Source: Lingula anatina | Taxonomy: Eukaryota > Animalia > Brachiopoda | Assembly (NCBI GenBank): GCA_051362555.1 | Contig: CM120647.1 | Coordinates: 12,624,651-12,688,650 of the forward strand | DNA: 64,000 nt | Direction: 5' to 3' | In this document: positions 12,101 through 27,236 of the stretch, in pieces | Layout: each line of letters opens with the position of its first letter | Position numbering within the stretch: position 1 is the stretch's first letter | Program-made: the position numbers and the translations under genes | Notes under the pieces: generated by a model | Database searches by the model: none | The model's input: the letters and a program-made list of their open reading frames with translations, nothing else | Told to the model about the DNA's origin: nothing

Positions 12101-15100
12101 TTGCTTCTCAAGATGTTCATATGTTCATACAGTACCCGGGGCAAGTTAGCAGTCGACATTTGAAAGAGTAAAGACTACTCAATACTTAAACTGCCGAGGT
12201 GTGAACAGCTGTGGACGTCATCGTGCTCCACAACGTTAAAGGTGAAACCAAACGTTATCTCAATGCAAAACCAAATGAAAATAAAAGCATCCGAAGTCAG
12301 CTTACTAGGAACGTACATGTACTAAGCAGGCCTATCAGGCCTATCAGTGGATACGATCCAAATTGTTTTGATAAACGATATCTCCTCGGCGAAATTATTT
12401 GCCAAATTTGTCTTACTGAAAATTTCCGTGGCTGCAATCGAACCAGTAATTAACACTTGAAAGTATTTTTTTTATTCTCTCCTCTTATGGTCTCGCTAAA
12501 ATTAAAACCCTCCTGTTGTGAACCGCCTCTGATCCCAAGGTACTCTTTAATATCATGGGTAAAGCCAAAACCAATCTTAGTATAAAACCAACTCCGAGCT
12601 CCGAGTCGGGTTGTCAAACACGACTTCGTGTACATCATGAAGTTCACCGTTCATTTCGGGGACTGGGGTTGCGTGGGCTGAAATGCGTCACCCGGATTAT
12701 CGATTGCGATAGCAGGTCTCCACATGTACACCCAATCTGGCGCTCTCCGTGACGAGGTTGAAAGTTTCCATCTGATTCATTACAATAAACGGAGCTGTCG
12801 TGGCTGCGTGGTAACGCTGCTGGCTTACATACAGGCAGACTCTCGGTCGCTAGTTCAAGTCACAGTAGTTATCGCCTCATTTCTCTTTTTGCCAGTAATT
12901 TTTGAAAATTGCGATTGATTACTATGAGAGGAAACTCGCACGTACGGAGGGTGGGCGGGTCTGTCACGGAGCAGTCGGTAGCGTGCATGGGTACAAATGA
13001 GACATCAAAAGCATCATCAACCATAGTAACTCAAAGTCACGGGTTCGAGTCCCGGATGAGGCACGTCAGTCCAACACTACAACGACCTTCCCCCTGAATC
13101 GGGATGTCACGAGACGGGAACGAATGAGGGATCTCGTGGGACTTAGCAAATAACCTTTTGCATAAAAATACGGTATACTTTAGAAAGTTTACATCTGCGT
13201 CGATAATTCTATTTCCTTTCTCTTCAGTTAAAAGGCCTTATATTGGTGCCACAGATCTTGAACTTAAATTGAGCTATAACGAACTCCGTATGGCTTGCAT
13301 TTCATCAAAATGTGCTATCTTCTTGGTGGGATAATCAGAGAGAAAACTTTTCATTTTTTACTAAAGTTGCGTCACCTCTACTCCTTTTATCAGGCACGCA
13401 TTTTGTTTGTTTGTTTGTTTCTTTTTTTTAATGCCCTTCCTTTCCTATGTTGGACCCTTGCTTCTCAAGATGTTCATATGTTCATACAGTACCCGGGGCA
13501 AGTTAGCAGTCGACATTTGAAAGAGTAAGGACAACTCAATACTTAAACTGCCGAGGTGTGAACAGCTGTGGACGTCATCGTGCTCCACAACGTCAAAGGT
13601 GAAACCAAACGTTATCTCAATGCAAAACCAAATGAAAATAAAAGCATCCGAAGTCAGCTTACTAGGAACGTACTAAGCAGGCCTATCAGTGGATACGATC
13701 CAAATTGTTTTGATTCTGTAGCTTTTCTGGTATTAAAGAACGTCATACCACCTGTTAACCAAACGATATCTCCTCGGCGGAATTATTTGCCAAATTTGTT
13801 TTACTGAAAATTTCCGTGGCGGCAATCGCACCAGTAATTAAACACTTGAATGTATTTTTTTTTATTCTCTCCTCTTATGGTCTCGCTAAAATTAAAACCC
13901 TCCTGTTGTGAACCGCCTTTGATCGCAAGGTACTCTTTAATATCATGGGTAAAGCCAAAACCAATCTTGGTATAAAACCAACTCCGAGCTCTGAGTCGGG
14001 TTGTCAAACACGACTTCGTGTACATCATGAAGTTCACCGTTCATTTCGGGGACTGGGGTTGCGTGGGCTGAAATGCGTCACCCGGATTATCGATTGCGAT
14101 AGCAGGTCTCCACATGTACACCCAATCTGGCGCTCTCCGTGACGAGGTTGAAAGTTTCCATCTGATTCATTACAATAAACGGAGCTGTCGTGGCTGCGTG
14201 GTAACGCTGCTGGCTTACATACAGGCAGACTCTCGGTCGCTAGTTCAAGTCACAGTAGTTATCGCCTCATTTCTCTTTTTGCCAGTAATTTTTGAAAATT
14301 GCGATTGATTACTATGAGAGGAAACTCGCACGTACGGAGGGTGGGCGGGTCTGTCACGGAGCAGTCGGTAGCGTGCATGGGTACAAATGAGACATCAAAA
14401 GCATCATCAACCATGGTAACTCAAAGTCACGGGTTCGAGTCCCGGATGAGGCACGTCAGTCCAACACTACAACGACCTTCCCCCTGAATCGGGATGTCAC
14501 GAGACGGGAACGAATGAGGGATCTCGTGGGACTTAGCAAATAACCTTTTGCATAAAAATACGGTATACTTTAGAAAGTTTACATCTGCGTCGATAATTCT
14601 ATTTCCTTTCTCTTCAGTTAAAAGGCCTTATATTGGTGCCACAGATCTTGAACTTAAATTGAGCTATAACGAACTCCGTATGGCTTGCATTTCATCAAAA
14701 TGTGCTATCTTCTTGGTGGGATAATCAGAGAGAAAACTTTTCATTTTTTACTAAAGTTGCGTCACCTCTACTCCTTTTATCAGGCACGCATTTTGTTTGT
14801 TTGTTTGTTTCTTTTTTTTAATGCCCTTCCTTTCCTATGTTGGACCCTTGCTTCTCAAGATGTTCATATGTTCATACAGTACCCGGGGCAAGTTAGCAGT
14901 CGACATTTGAAAGAGTAAGGACAACTCAATACTTAAACTGCCGAGGTGTGAACAGCTGTGGACGTCATCGTGCTCCACAACGTCAAAGGTGAAACCAAAC
15001 GTTATCTCAATGCAAAACCAAATGAAAATAAAAGCATCCGAAGTCAGCTTACTAGGAACGTACTAAGCAGGCCTATCAGTGGATACGATCCAAATTGTTT

Positions 15101-18100
15101 TGATTCTGTAGCTTTTCTGGTATTAAAGAACGTCATACCACCTGTTAACCAAACGATATCTCCTCGGCGGAATTATTTGCCAAATTTGTTTTACTGAAAA
15201 TTTCCGTGGCGGCAATCGCACCAGTAATTAAACACTTGAATGTATTTTTTTTTATTCTCTCCTCTTATGGTCTCGCTAAAATTAAAACCCTCCTGTTGTG
15301 AACCGCCTTTGATCGCAAGGTACTCTTTAATATCATGGGTAAAGCCAAAACCAATCTTGGTATAAAACCAACTCCGAGCTCTGAGTCGGGTTGTCAAACA
15401 CGACTTCGTGTACATCATGAAGTTCACCGTTCATTTCGGGGACTGGGGTTGCGTGGGCTGAAATGCGTCACCCGGATTATCGATTGCGATAGCAGGTCTC
15501 CACATGTACACCCAATCTGGCGCTCTCCGTGACGAGGTTGAAAGTTTCCATCTGATTCATTACAATAAACGGAGCTGTCGTGGCTGCGTGGTAACGCTGC
15601 TGGCTTACATACAGGCAGACTCTCGGTCGCTAGTTCAAGTCACAGTAGTTATCGCCTCATTTCTCTTTTTGCCAGTAATTTTTGAAAATTGCGATTGATT
15701 ACTATGAGAGGAAACTCGCACGTACGGAGGGTGGGCGGGTCTGTCACGGAGCAGTCGGTAGCGTGCATGGGTACAAATGAGACATCAAAAGCATCATCAA
15801 CCATGGTAACTCAAAGTCACGGGTTCGAGTCCCGGATGAGGCACGTCAGTCCAACACTACAACGACCTTCCCCCTGAATCGGGATGTCACGAGACGGGAA
15901 CGAATGAGGGATCTCGTGGGACTTAGCAAATAACCTTTTGCATAAAAATACGGTATACTTTAGAAAGTTTACATCTGCGTCGATAATTCTATTTCCTTTC
16001 TCTTCAGTTAAAAGGCCTTATATTGGTGCCACAGATCTTGAACTTAAATTGAGCTATAACGAACTCCGTATGGCTTGCATTTCATCAAAATGTGCTATCT
16101 TCTTGGTGGGATAATCAGAGAGAAAACTTTTCATTTTTTACTAAAGTTGCGTCACCTCTACTCCTTTTATCAGGCACGCATTTTGTTTGTTTGTTTGTTT
16201 CTTTTTTTTAATGCCCTTCCTTTCCTATGTTGGACCCTTGCTTCTCAAGATGTTCATATGTTCATACAGTACCCGGGGCAAGTTAGCAGTCGACATTTGA
16301 AAGAGTAAGGACAACTCAATACTTAAACTGCCGAGGTGTGAACAGCTGTGGACGTCATCGTGCTCCACAACGTCAAAGGTGAAACCAAACGTTATCTCAA
16401 TGCAAAACCAAATGAAAATAAAAGCATCCGAAGTCAGCTTACTAGGAACGTACTAAGCAGGCCTATCAGTGGATACGATCCAAATTGTTTTGATTCTGTA
16501 GCTTTTCTGGTATTAAAGAACGTCATACCACCTGTTAACCAAACGATATCTCCTCGGCGGAATTATTTGCCAAATTTGTTTTACTGAAAATTTCCGTGGC
16601 GGCAATCGCACCAGTAATTAAACACTTGAATGTATTTTTTTTTATTCTCTCCTCTTATGGTCTCGCTAAAATTAAAACCCTCCTGTTGTGAACCGCCTTT
16701 GATCGCAAGGTACTCTTTAATATCATGGGTAAAGCCAAAACCAATCTTAGTATAAAACCAACTCCGAGCTCCGAGTCGGGTTGTCAAACACGACTTCGTG
16801 TACATCATGAAGTTCACCGTTCATTTCGGGGACTGGGGTTGCGTGGGCTGAAATGCGTCACCCGGATTATCGATTGCGACAGCAGGTCTCAACATGCACA
16901 CCTAATCTGGCGCTCTCCGTGACGAGGTTGAAAGTTTCCATCTGATCCATCAGAATCAACGGAGCTGTCGTGGCTACGTGGTAACGCTGCTGGCTTACAT
17001 ACAGGCAGACTCTCGGTCGCTAGTTCGAGTCACAGTAGTTATCTTCTCATTTCTCTTTTTGCCAGAATTAATTTTTGAAAATTGCGATTGATTACTATAA
17101 GAGGAAACTCGCACGTACGGAGGGTGGGCGGGTCTGTCACGGAGCAGTCGGTAGCGTGCATGGATACAAATGAGACATCAAAAGCGTCATCAACAATGGT
17201 AACTCAAAGTCACGGGTTCGAGTCCCGGAAGAGGCACGTCAGTCCATCACTACAACGACCTTGCCCCTGAATCGGGATGTCACGAGACGGGAACGAATAA
17301 GGGATCTCGTGGGACTTAGCAAATTACCTTTTGCATAAAAATACGGTATACTTTAGAAAGTGTACATCTGCGTCGACAATTCTATTTCCTTTCTCTTCAG
17401 TTAAAAGGCCTTATATTGGTGCCACAGATCTTGAACTTAAATTGAGCTATAACGAACTCCGTATGGCTTGCATTTCATCAAAATGTGCTATCTTCTTGGT
17501 GGGATTATCAGAGAGAAAACTTTTCATTTTTTACTAAAGTTGCGTCACCTCTACTCCTTTTATCAGGCACGCATTTTGTTTGTTTGTTTGTTTGTTTGTT
17601 TGTTTGTTTTTATGCCCTTCCTTTCCTATCTTGGGCCCTTGCTTCTCAAGATGTTCATATGTTCATACAGTACCCGGGGCAAGTTAGCAGTCGACATTTG
17701 AAAGAGTAAAGACTACTCAATACTTAAACTGCCGAGGTGTGAACAGCTGTGGACGTCATCGTGCTCCACAATGTCAAAGGTGAAACCAAACGTTATCTCA
17801 ATGCAAAACCAAATGAAAATAAAAGCATCCGAAGTCAGCTTACTAAGAACGTACTGAGCAGGCCTATCAGTGAATACGATCCAAATTGTTTTGATTCTGT
17901 AGCTTTTCCGGTATTAAAGCACGCCATACCACCAGTAGATAAACGATATCTCCTCGGCGAAATTATTTGCCAAATTTGTCTTACTGAAAATTTCCGTGGC
18001 TGCAATCGAACCAGTAATTAAACACTTGAATGTATTTTTTTTTATTCTCTCCTACGGTCTCGCTAAAATTAAAACCCTCCTGTTGTGAACCGCCTCTGAT

Positions 18101-21100
18101 CCCAAGGTACTCTTTAATATCATGGGTAAAGCCAAAACCAATCTTAGTATAAAACCAACTCCGAGCTCCGAGTCGGGTTGTCAAACACGACTTCGTGTAC
18201 ATCATGAAGTTCACCGTTCATTTCGGGGACTGGGGTTGCGTGGGCTGAAATGCGTCACCCGGATTATCGATTGCGATAGCAGGTCTCCACATGCACACCC
18301 AATCTGGCGCTCTCCGTGACGAGGTTGAAAGTTTCCATCTGATCCATTAGAATCAACGGAGCTGTCGTGGCCGCGTGGTTACGCTGCTGGCTTACATACA
18401 GGCAGACTCTCGGTCGCTATTTCGAGTCACAGTAGTTATCGTCTCATTTCTCTTTTTGCCAGAATTAATTTTTGAAAATTGCGATTGATTACTATGAGAG
18501 GAAACTCGCACGTACGGAGGGTGGGCGGGTCTGTCACGGAGCAGTCGGTAGCGTGCATGGGTACAAATGAGACATCAAAAGCATCATCAACCATAGTAAC
18601 TCAAAGTCACGGGTTCGAGTCCCGGATGAGGCACGTCAGTCCAACACTACAACGACCTTCCCCCTGAATCGGGATGTCACGAGACGGGAACGAATGAGGG
18701 ATCTCGTGGGACTTAGCAAATAACCTTTTGCATAAAAATACGGTATACTTTAGAAAGTTTACATCTGCGTCGATAATTCTATTTCCTTTCTCTTCAGTTA
18801 AAAGGCCTTATATTGGTGCCACAGATCTTGAACTTAAATTGAGCTATAACGAACTCCGTATGGCTTGCATTTCATCAAAATGTGCTATCTTCTTGGTGGG
18901 ATAATCAGAGAGAAAACTTTTCATTTTTTACTAAAGTTGCGTCACCTCTACTCCTTTTATCAGGCACGCATTTTGTTTGTTTGTTTGTTTCTTTTTTTTA
19001 ATGCCCTTCCTTTCCTATGTTGGACCCTTGCTTCTCAAGATGTTCATATGTTCATACAGTACCCGGGGCAAGTTAGCAGTCGACATTTGAAAGAGTAAGG
19101 ACAACTCAATACTTAAACTGCCGAGGTGTGAACAGCTGTGGACGTCATCGTGCTCCACAACGTCAAAGGTGAAACCAAACGTTATCTCAATGCAAAACCA
19201 AATGAAAATAAAAGCATCCGAAGTCAGCTTACTAGGAACGTACTAAGCAGGCCTATCAGTGGATACGATCCAAATTGTTTTGATTCTGTAGCTTTTCTGG
19301 TATTAAAGAACGTCATACCACCTGTTAACCAAACGATATCTCCTCGGCGGAATTATTTGCCAAATTTGTTTTACTGAAAATTTCCGTGGCGGCAATCGCA
19401 CCAGTAATTAAACACTTGAATGTATTTTTTTTTATTCTCTCCTCTTATGGTCTCGCTAAAATTAAAACCCTCCTGTTGTGAACCGCCTTTGATCGCAAGG
19501 TACTCTTTAATATCATGGGTAAAGCCAAAACCAATCTTGGTATAAAACCAACTCCGAGCTCTGAGTCGGGTTGTCAAACACGACTTCGTGTACATCATGA
19601 AGTTCACCGTTCATTTCGGGGACTGGGGTTGCGTGGGCTGAAATGCGTCACCCGGATTATCGATTGCGATAGCAGGTCTCCACATGTACACCCAATCTGG
19701 CGCTCTCCGTGACGAGGTTGAAAGTTTCCATCTGATTCATTACAATAAACGGAGCTGTCGTGGCTGCGTGGTAACGCTGCTGGCTTACATACAGGCAGAC
19801 TCTCGGTCGCTAGTTCAAGTCACAGTAGTTATCGCCTCATTTCTCTTTTTGCCAGTAATTTTTGAAAATTGCGATTGATTACTATGAGAGGAAACTCGCA
19901 CGTACGGAGGGTGGGCGGGTCTGTCACGGAGCAGTCGGTAGCGTGCATGGGTACAAATGAGACATCAAAAGCATCATCAACCATGGTAACTCAAAGTCAC
20001 GGGTTCGAGTCCCGGATGAGGCACGTCAGTCCAACACTACAACGACCTTCCCCCTGAATCGGGATGTCACGAGACGGGAACGAATGAGGGATCTCGTGGG
20101 ACTTAGCAAATAACCTTTTGCATAAAAATACGGTATACTTTAGAAAGTTTACATCTGCGTCGATAATTCTATTTCCTTTCTCTTCAGTTAAAAGGCCTTA
20201 TATTGGTGCCACAGATCTTGAACTTAAATTGAGCTATAACGAACTCCGTATGGCTTGCATTTCATCAAAATGTGCTATCTTCTTGGTGGGATAATCAGAG
20301 AGAAAACTTTTCATTTTTTACTAAAGTTGCGTCACCTCTACTCCTTTTATCAGGCACGCATTTTGTTTGTTTGTTTGTTTCTTTTTTTTAATGCCCTTCC
20401 TTTCCTATGTTGGACCCTTGCTTCTCAAGATGTTCATATGTTCATACAGTACCCGGGGCAAGTTAGCAGTCGACATTTGAAAGAGTAAGGACAACTCAAT
20501 ACTTAAACTGCCGAGGTGTGAACAGCTGTGGACGTCATCGTGCTCCACAACGTCAAAGGTGAAACCAAACGTTATCTCAATGCAAAACCAAATGAAAATA
20601 AAAGCATCCGAAGTCAGCTTACTAGGAACGTACTAAGCAGGCCTATCAGTGGATACGATCCAAATTGTTTTGATTCTGTAGCTTTTCTGGTATTAAAGAA
20701 CGTCATACCACCTGTTAACCAAACGATATCTCCTCGGCGGAATTATTTGCCAAATTTGTTTTACTGAAAATTTCCGTGGCGGCAATCGCACCAGTAATTA
20801 AACACTTGAATGTATTTTTTTTTATTCTCTCCTCTTATGGTCTCGCTAAAATTAAAACCCTCCTGTTGTGAACCGCCTTTGATCGCAAGGTACTCTTTAA
20901 TATCATGGGTAAAGCCAAAACCAATCTTGGTATAAAACCAACTCCGAGCTCTGAGTCGGGTTGTCAAACACGACTTCGTGTACATCATGAAGTTCACCGT
21001 TCATTTCGGGGACTGGGGTTGCGTGGGCTGAAATGCGTCACCCGGATTATCGATTGCGATAGCAGGTCTCCACATGTACACCCAATCTGGCGCTCTCCGT

Positions 21101-24100
21101 GACGAGGTTGAAAGTTTCCATCTGATTCATTACAATAAACGGAGCTGTCGTGGCTGCGTGGTAACGCTGCTGGCTTACATACAGGCAGACTCTCGGTCGC
21201 TAGTTCAAGTCACAGTAGTTATCGCCTCATTTCTCTTTTTGCCAGTAATTTTTGAAAATTGCGATTGATTACTATGAGAGGAAACTCGCACGTACGGAGG
21301 GTGGGCGGGTCTGTCACGGAGCAGTCGGTAGCGTGCATGGGTACAAATGAGACATCAAAAGCATCATCAACCATGGTAACTCAAAGTCACGGGTTCGAGT
21401 CCCGGATGAGGCACGTCAGTCCAACACTACAACGACCTTCCCCCTGAATCGGGATGTCACGAGACGGGAACGAATGAGGGATCTCGTGGGACTTAGCAAA
21501 TAACCTTTTGCATAAAAATACGGTATACTTTAGAAAGTTTACATCTGCGTCGATAATTCTATTTCCTTTCTCTTCAGTTAAAAGGCCTTATATTGGTGCC
21601 ACAGATCTTGAACTTAAATTGAGCTATAACGAACTCCGTATGGCTTGCATTTCATCAAAATGTGCTATCTTCTTGGTGGGATAATCAGAGAGAAAACTTT
21701 TCATTTTTTACTAAAGTTGCGTCACCTCTACTCCTTTTATCAGGCACGCATTTTGTTTGTTTGTTTGTTTCTTTTTTTTAATGCCCTTCCTTTCCTATGT
21801 TGGACCCTTGCTTCTCAAGATGTTCATATGTTCATACAGTACCCGGGGCAAGTTAGCAGTCGACATTTGAAAGAGTAAGGACAACTCAATACTTAAACTG
21901 CCGAGGTGTGAACAGCTGTGGACGTCATCGTGCTCCACAACGTCAAAGGTGAAACCAAACGTTATCTCAATGCAAAACCAAATGAAAATAAAAGCATCCG
22001 AAGTCAGCTTACTAGGAACGTACTAAGCAGGCCTATCAGTGGATACGATCCAAATTGTTTTGATTCTGTAGCTTTTCTGGTATTAAAGAACGTCATACCA
22101 CCTGTTAACCAAACGATATCTCCTCGGCGGAATTATTTGCCAAATTTGTTTTACTGAAAATTTCCGTGGCGGCAATCGCACCAGTAATTAAACACTTGAA
22201 TGTATTTTTTTTTATTCTCTCCTCTTATGGTCTCGCTAAAATTAAAACCCTCCTGTTGTGAACCGCCTTTGATCGCAAGGTACTCTTTAATATCATGGGT
22301 AAAGCCAAAACCAATCTTAGTATAAAACCAACTCCGAGCTCCGAGTCGGGTTGTCAAACACGACTTCGTGTACATCATGAAGTTCACCGTTCATTTCGGG
22401 GACTGGGGTTGCGTGGGCTGAAATGCGTCACCCGGATTATCGATTGCGACAGCAGGTCTCAACATGCACACCTAATCTGGCGCTCTCCGTGACGAGGTTG
22501 AAAGTTTCCATCTGATCCATCAGAATCAACGGAGCTGTCGTGGCTACGTGGTAACGCTGCTGGCTTACATACAGGCAGACTCTCGGTCGCTAGTTCGAGT
22601 CACAGTAGTTATCTTCTCATTTCTCTTTTTGCCAGAATTAATTTTTGAAAATTGCGATTGATTACTATAAGAGGAAACTCGCACGTACGGAGGGTGGGCG
22701 GGTCTGTCACGGAGCAGTCGGTAGCGTGCATGGATACAAATGAGACATCAAAAGCGTCATCAACAATGGTAACTCAAAGTCACGGGTTCGAGTCCCGGAA
22801 GAGGCACGTCAGTCCATCACTACAACGACCTTGCCCCTGAATCGGGATGTCACGAGACGGGAACGAATAAGGGATCTCGTGGGACTTAGCAAATTACCTT
22901 TTGCATAAAAATACGGTATACTTTAGAAAGTGTACATCTGCGTCGACAATTCTATTTCCTTTCTCTTCAGTTAAAAGGCCTTATATTGGTGCCACAGATC
23001 TTGAACTTAAATTGAGCTATAACGAACTCCGTATGGCTTGCATTTCATCAAAATGTGCTATCTTCTTGGTGGGATTATCAGAGAGAAAACTTTTCATTTT
23101 TTACTAAAGTTGCGTCACCTCTACTCCTTTTATCAGGCACGCATTTTGTTTGTTTGTTTGTTTGTTTGTTTGTTTTTATGCCCTTCCTTTCCTATCTTGG
23201 GCCCTTGCTTCTCAAGATGTTCATATGTTCATACAGTACCCGGGGCAAGTTAGCAGTCGACATTTGAAAGAGTAAAGACTACTCAATACTTAAACTGCCG
23301 AGGTGTGAACAGCTGTGGACGTCATCGTGCTCCACAACGTCAAAGGTGAAACCAAACGTTATCTCAATGCAAAACCAAATGAAAATAAAAGCATCCGAAG
23401 TCAGCTTACTAGGAACGTACTAAGCAGGCCTATCAGTGGATACGATCCAAATTGTTTTGATTCTGTAGCTTTTCTGGTATTAAAGAACGTCATACCACCT
23501 GTTAACCAAACGATATCTCCTCGGCGAAATTATTTGCCAAATTTGTCTTACTGAAAATTTCCGTGGCTGCAATCGCACCAGTAATTAAACACTTGAATGT
23601 ATTTTTTTTTATTCTCTCCTCTTATGGTCTCGCTAAAATTAAAACCCTCCTGTTGTGGACCGCCTCTGATCCCAAGGTACTCTTTAATATCATGGGTAAA
23701 GCCAAAACCAATCTTGGTATAAAACCAACTCCGAGCTCTGAGTCGGGTTGTCAAACACGGCTTCGTGTACATCATGAAGTTCACCGTTCATTTCGGGGAC
23801 TGGGGTTGCGTGGGCTGAAATGCAGCACCCGGATTATCGATTGCGATAGCAGGTCTCAACATGCACACCTAATCTGGCGCTCTCCGTGACGAGGTTGAAA
23901 GTTTCCATCTGATTCATTACAATAAACGGAGCTGTCGTGGCTGCTAGTCCCTTACCTACACTGGTCTATCGTTTCATTGTGTGAAAAGCTCCAGTGGCCA
24001 GACAATTTTCACGGTGCCATGAAGATAAACAGTTAAAAAATATCCACAATAAATTCGGCAACCGTAGGATGCGCCAACATATAGATAATTGCGATAGTAT

Positions 24101-25020
24101 TTATGCCAAAACATCAAAATGAATAGCCCTGCCGTTCCAATCGGCAATCCTCGACTGTCGAGTGCGGAGACATCCGAGTAGTTCCAAGTGCTGCCGTTCT
24201 ACCCTTTAAACCAATCAAAGCAACGGAAAGGGGTCACGTGATCACTTGACCTACATCTGATCGATGTAAACAATGAATTTCCATGCGAAGCTTGCACATT
24301 TAATAGATGATTCCCATGCGTTGTTTCAATAAAAAAAATACGTCCTAGGTTTTTAAAATCGATGTCAATATCGAGAGAAAGATTTAAATAGTTGGAAAAT
24401 ACGTGTATTTTAGGTGTATTTATATAATTGGCTAAATGATGACGTGAATTCACGGCAAAAAGGTATGTAGTATAGCCCGTAGACTGTGCACTGTACCACT
24501 TCTACAATCGCACACAGGTCACACTATTACCCAATATAGTGATCATATAATCACTTGCATGTATGTTCAGTAATGTTACATTGAATGCATTTTAAATTCT
24601 CAGGTGTGTTAAAGCGCATATAATCACTTAAAATTATTTGACTCAATATTTTACACTGATAAATAGTATAAATGCATGTGTAGAGTTACAAACTAGGTAT
24701 CATGCGGACTGTCTGTTTATGAAGCTGGCAAGTGCTCAAAAAATTATTTCAAAAATATATAAGTGCTTCACTAGGTAGAATAATTGAGTTTTTTATGTTC
24801 AAGTTTATCTTTAAATTGCAGAGGTACAATTTTTAAAGAAGTTTAATTGTTGCAATTAATTGCAGCATTGTCTAGTAATAACAGCATATTAAAAGAAATA
24901 ACAGCTCACATTTAACAAGGCTTTTATGATATATATAATATATTTTTCCAACTTAATTATTTCAACTGTGAAATTATAACTTTCTACATTTCTTGTGCAT
25001 ATCTGAAAAAGATTAATAAA

Positions 25021-25485
25021 ATGCCATTCGAACAGGTACACTTAAAGTTTTGCAAATGGATTTTAGGTCTAAGAAAGCAGGCTAGCAATACCATTTTTAG
25101 AGCTAAGCTTGGCAGTTACCCCATTATTTCAACTATAACTAAACCTGTCTAAAGATTAGTCTTAGACTGGAACAACTACTAGTACATAATAGAACTGTAA
25201 ATCAGGTGCACAGTCTTGAGCAAGATACAAAAGGAAACACATGGACAGAATCTATCCGAAGATAACAACCCACCAAAGAAATTATATCAAATAGAAAACC
25301 TTTTAGAAATATTGAACATAAAAATCGAAAAACACTTCTGGCAGGAATTAAATAGCTCAATCTCAAACAAATTAAGGGCATACAAAACAATAAAAAAATA
25401 TTATGAATGTGAAAATTACATCAAAATGAGTGTCTCCCCATTAAATATCAAAACACTTGCAAAAATTAGACTAAGTGACCACAAC
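25021..25485 (+). mobile_element. Non-LTR retrotransposon (L2/Crack/CR1-group-like) ORF2 C-terminal fragment inside the transposon
   Basis: Translates to FEQVHLKFCKWILGLRKQASN..RAKLGSYP and NKLRAYKTIKKYYECENYI...LAKIRLSDHN, the typical post-RT motifs of invertebrate LINEs; contains stops and frameshifts. Confidence 0.8.
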
Positions 25486-25489
25486 TTTT

Positions 25490-25621
25490 TTTTTTTTTTT
25501 TTACAAATAATGCAGATAGCTGGCAGCACTGGTGACTTTGATATACCAAACCCTGAGACTGATCTCAATTTCTTGGGAGATGGACCTTGTATTTTGGGAA
25601 GAGTACAACTGGTTGATGGTT
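25490..25621 (-). pseudogene. Truncated exon 2 of the Academ-type transposase
   Basis: Minus-strand acceptor ttttgcttcttttacAG, then (E)PSTSCTLPKIQGPSPKKLRSVSGFGISKSPVLPAICIICKKK. The phase matches the exon-1 donor; the exon is broken at the A17 run abutting the LINE fragment. Confidence 0.65.
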
Positions 25622-26822
25622 CTGTAAAAGAAGCAAAATAACATTTTACTTTTCATACCATATATATTAGTGCATTATAATGTGCAGATACTGACTACTA
25701 CAAAAACAACTTTAACATTGGATAAATATCCAAGTGGGTGTAACAAAGATATGTAAAAATAGTAATGTGCTCAAAATTCAGTTATAAAAACAGTTGCCCT
25801 GTATAAATAAAAAGACAACATAGAATACATATTTCAAATAAAAACATCTGGATACCTGGATACACAAATGATTTAGCAAATACAGAGCAGACCGCAAATC
25901 CTTGATTGTTGCAAGTGCAATTGTATATACAATCACTATGATTTAACTATAAAATAAATAAATAATAATGAAATAAGATAAGACAGTCGCATGTGAGTTT
26001 ATCACATGATTGACACCAAGTGATATTAACAACTATAATTACATATATCCTCATGATTCAAAGGGCATAGGGTAGGTATAGGATTCAATGTATTAGTGGC
26101 TCAACATGTTCCTTTTATGAGGAACTAAGCTGTAACAAACTATAGGCAAATGAGACCCACTGTTTAATATTTGTTGCAACTAAGACAAATAAATCAAGTT
26201 TAAAGATCTAATAATTAATAGGGAGCCCACTAGCATTCTGCTGCCCAGATTAATATCAGATGCCTTGAATAAAAGTGACTCTTCTCTTTAAACTGAACTA
26301 CATCTACCAGTCACCCTACTCATTATAATTATTCCTTAATTGATACTGTTTGTCAACGTATTTCTTTATTGATACTATTTATGTATACCTTTACTGATTT
26401 TATTCATAAGGGAAAGTTACAAGGATTATTCCTAACAGTCCTAATTAAATTAATCACATTGCAGCTTGTTCTGTGAAAAGCTATCCTACTTTTTCTGGCT
26501 CACAATATACAGTAAATATTCCCTCAAATACATTCTCATTGAAGTTGGGCTTAGCCTATACATATTTATATTCACTAATGGTTGCACATGTGCAACAATG
26601 TAACTGGGGGGGAGGAACACTCCACAAATAACATAAAAGATTCTACCATGATACTTAAGCCTCTGTCTCATAAAGTCCCACCATAACATTTGTTTGTATA
26701 TCTTGTTGTGTGAAGCCTTACATTATTTTGTGTAAATGCAATGCTAATATGGATGAACTAATAATGAGATGTTAATCATGGCAAGAACATACAGCTAGCT
26801 TAGGCTGTATTCCCAGAGCTTT

Positions 26823-26983
26823 TAGATTGATCTGTCCCCGCAGGGAGTCTCACTAGATTACTGGATTACTAGATTTCTCACTAGATTATCCGCCTTAAAT
26901 GTCCGTCCCGCCTACTACAAGCTGTAAGGGGGTATTTGACTTTCGTGTCCGCCCCACTGACAGCTGTTTAGCGTGAACCCCTA
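26823..26983. repeat. Second copy of the short structured repeat seen at 1011-1164, within the transposase intron
   Basis: Shared 5' 32-mer pattern, shared CGCCTA..TAAGGGGGGTA core and shared CCCCTA end. Confidence 0.55.
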
Positions 26984-27236
26984 AAGTAGATATATCTAAT
27001 CTCTGGAAATGGGGTCTTATTCAACAGAGAATGAGTTGTTTCATATCTTAAAACCTCTAAGTATTTACAAATAAAATAATAATAACACTAATAAACTTTT
27101 TTATCATTGTCTTTTTTTTTCTTTCTTTCATATCACTTTTATCAGTCACATATTGTTATGTAACATCAGCCACGTACAATGTAAACATCACACGATCAGG
27201 GCTGATTTAAAAACAAATTACAATATGTTGACATAC

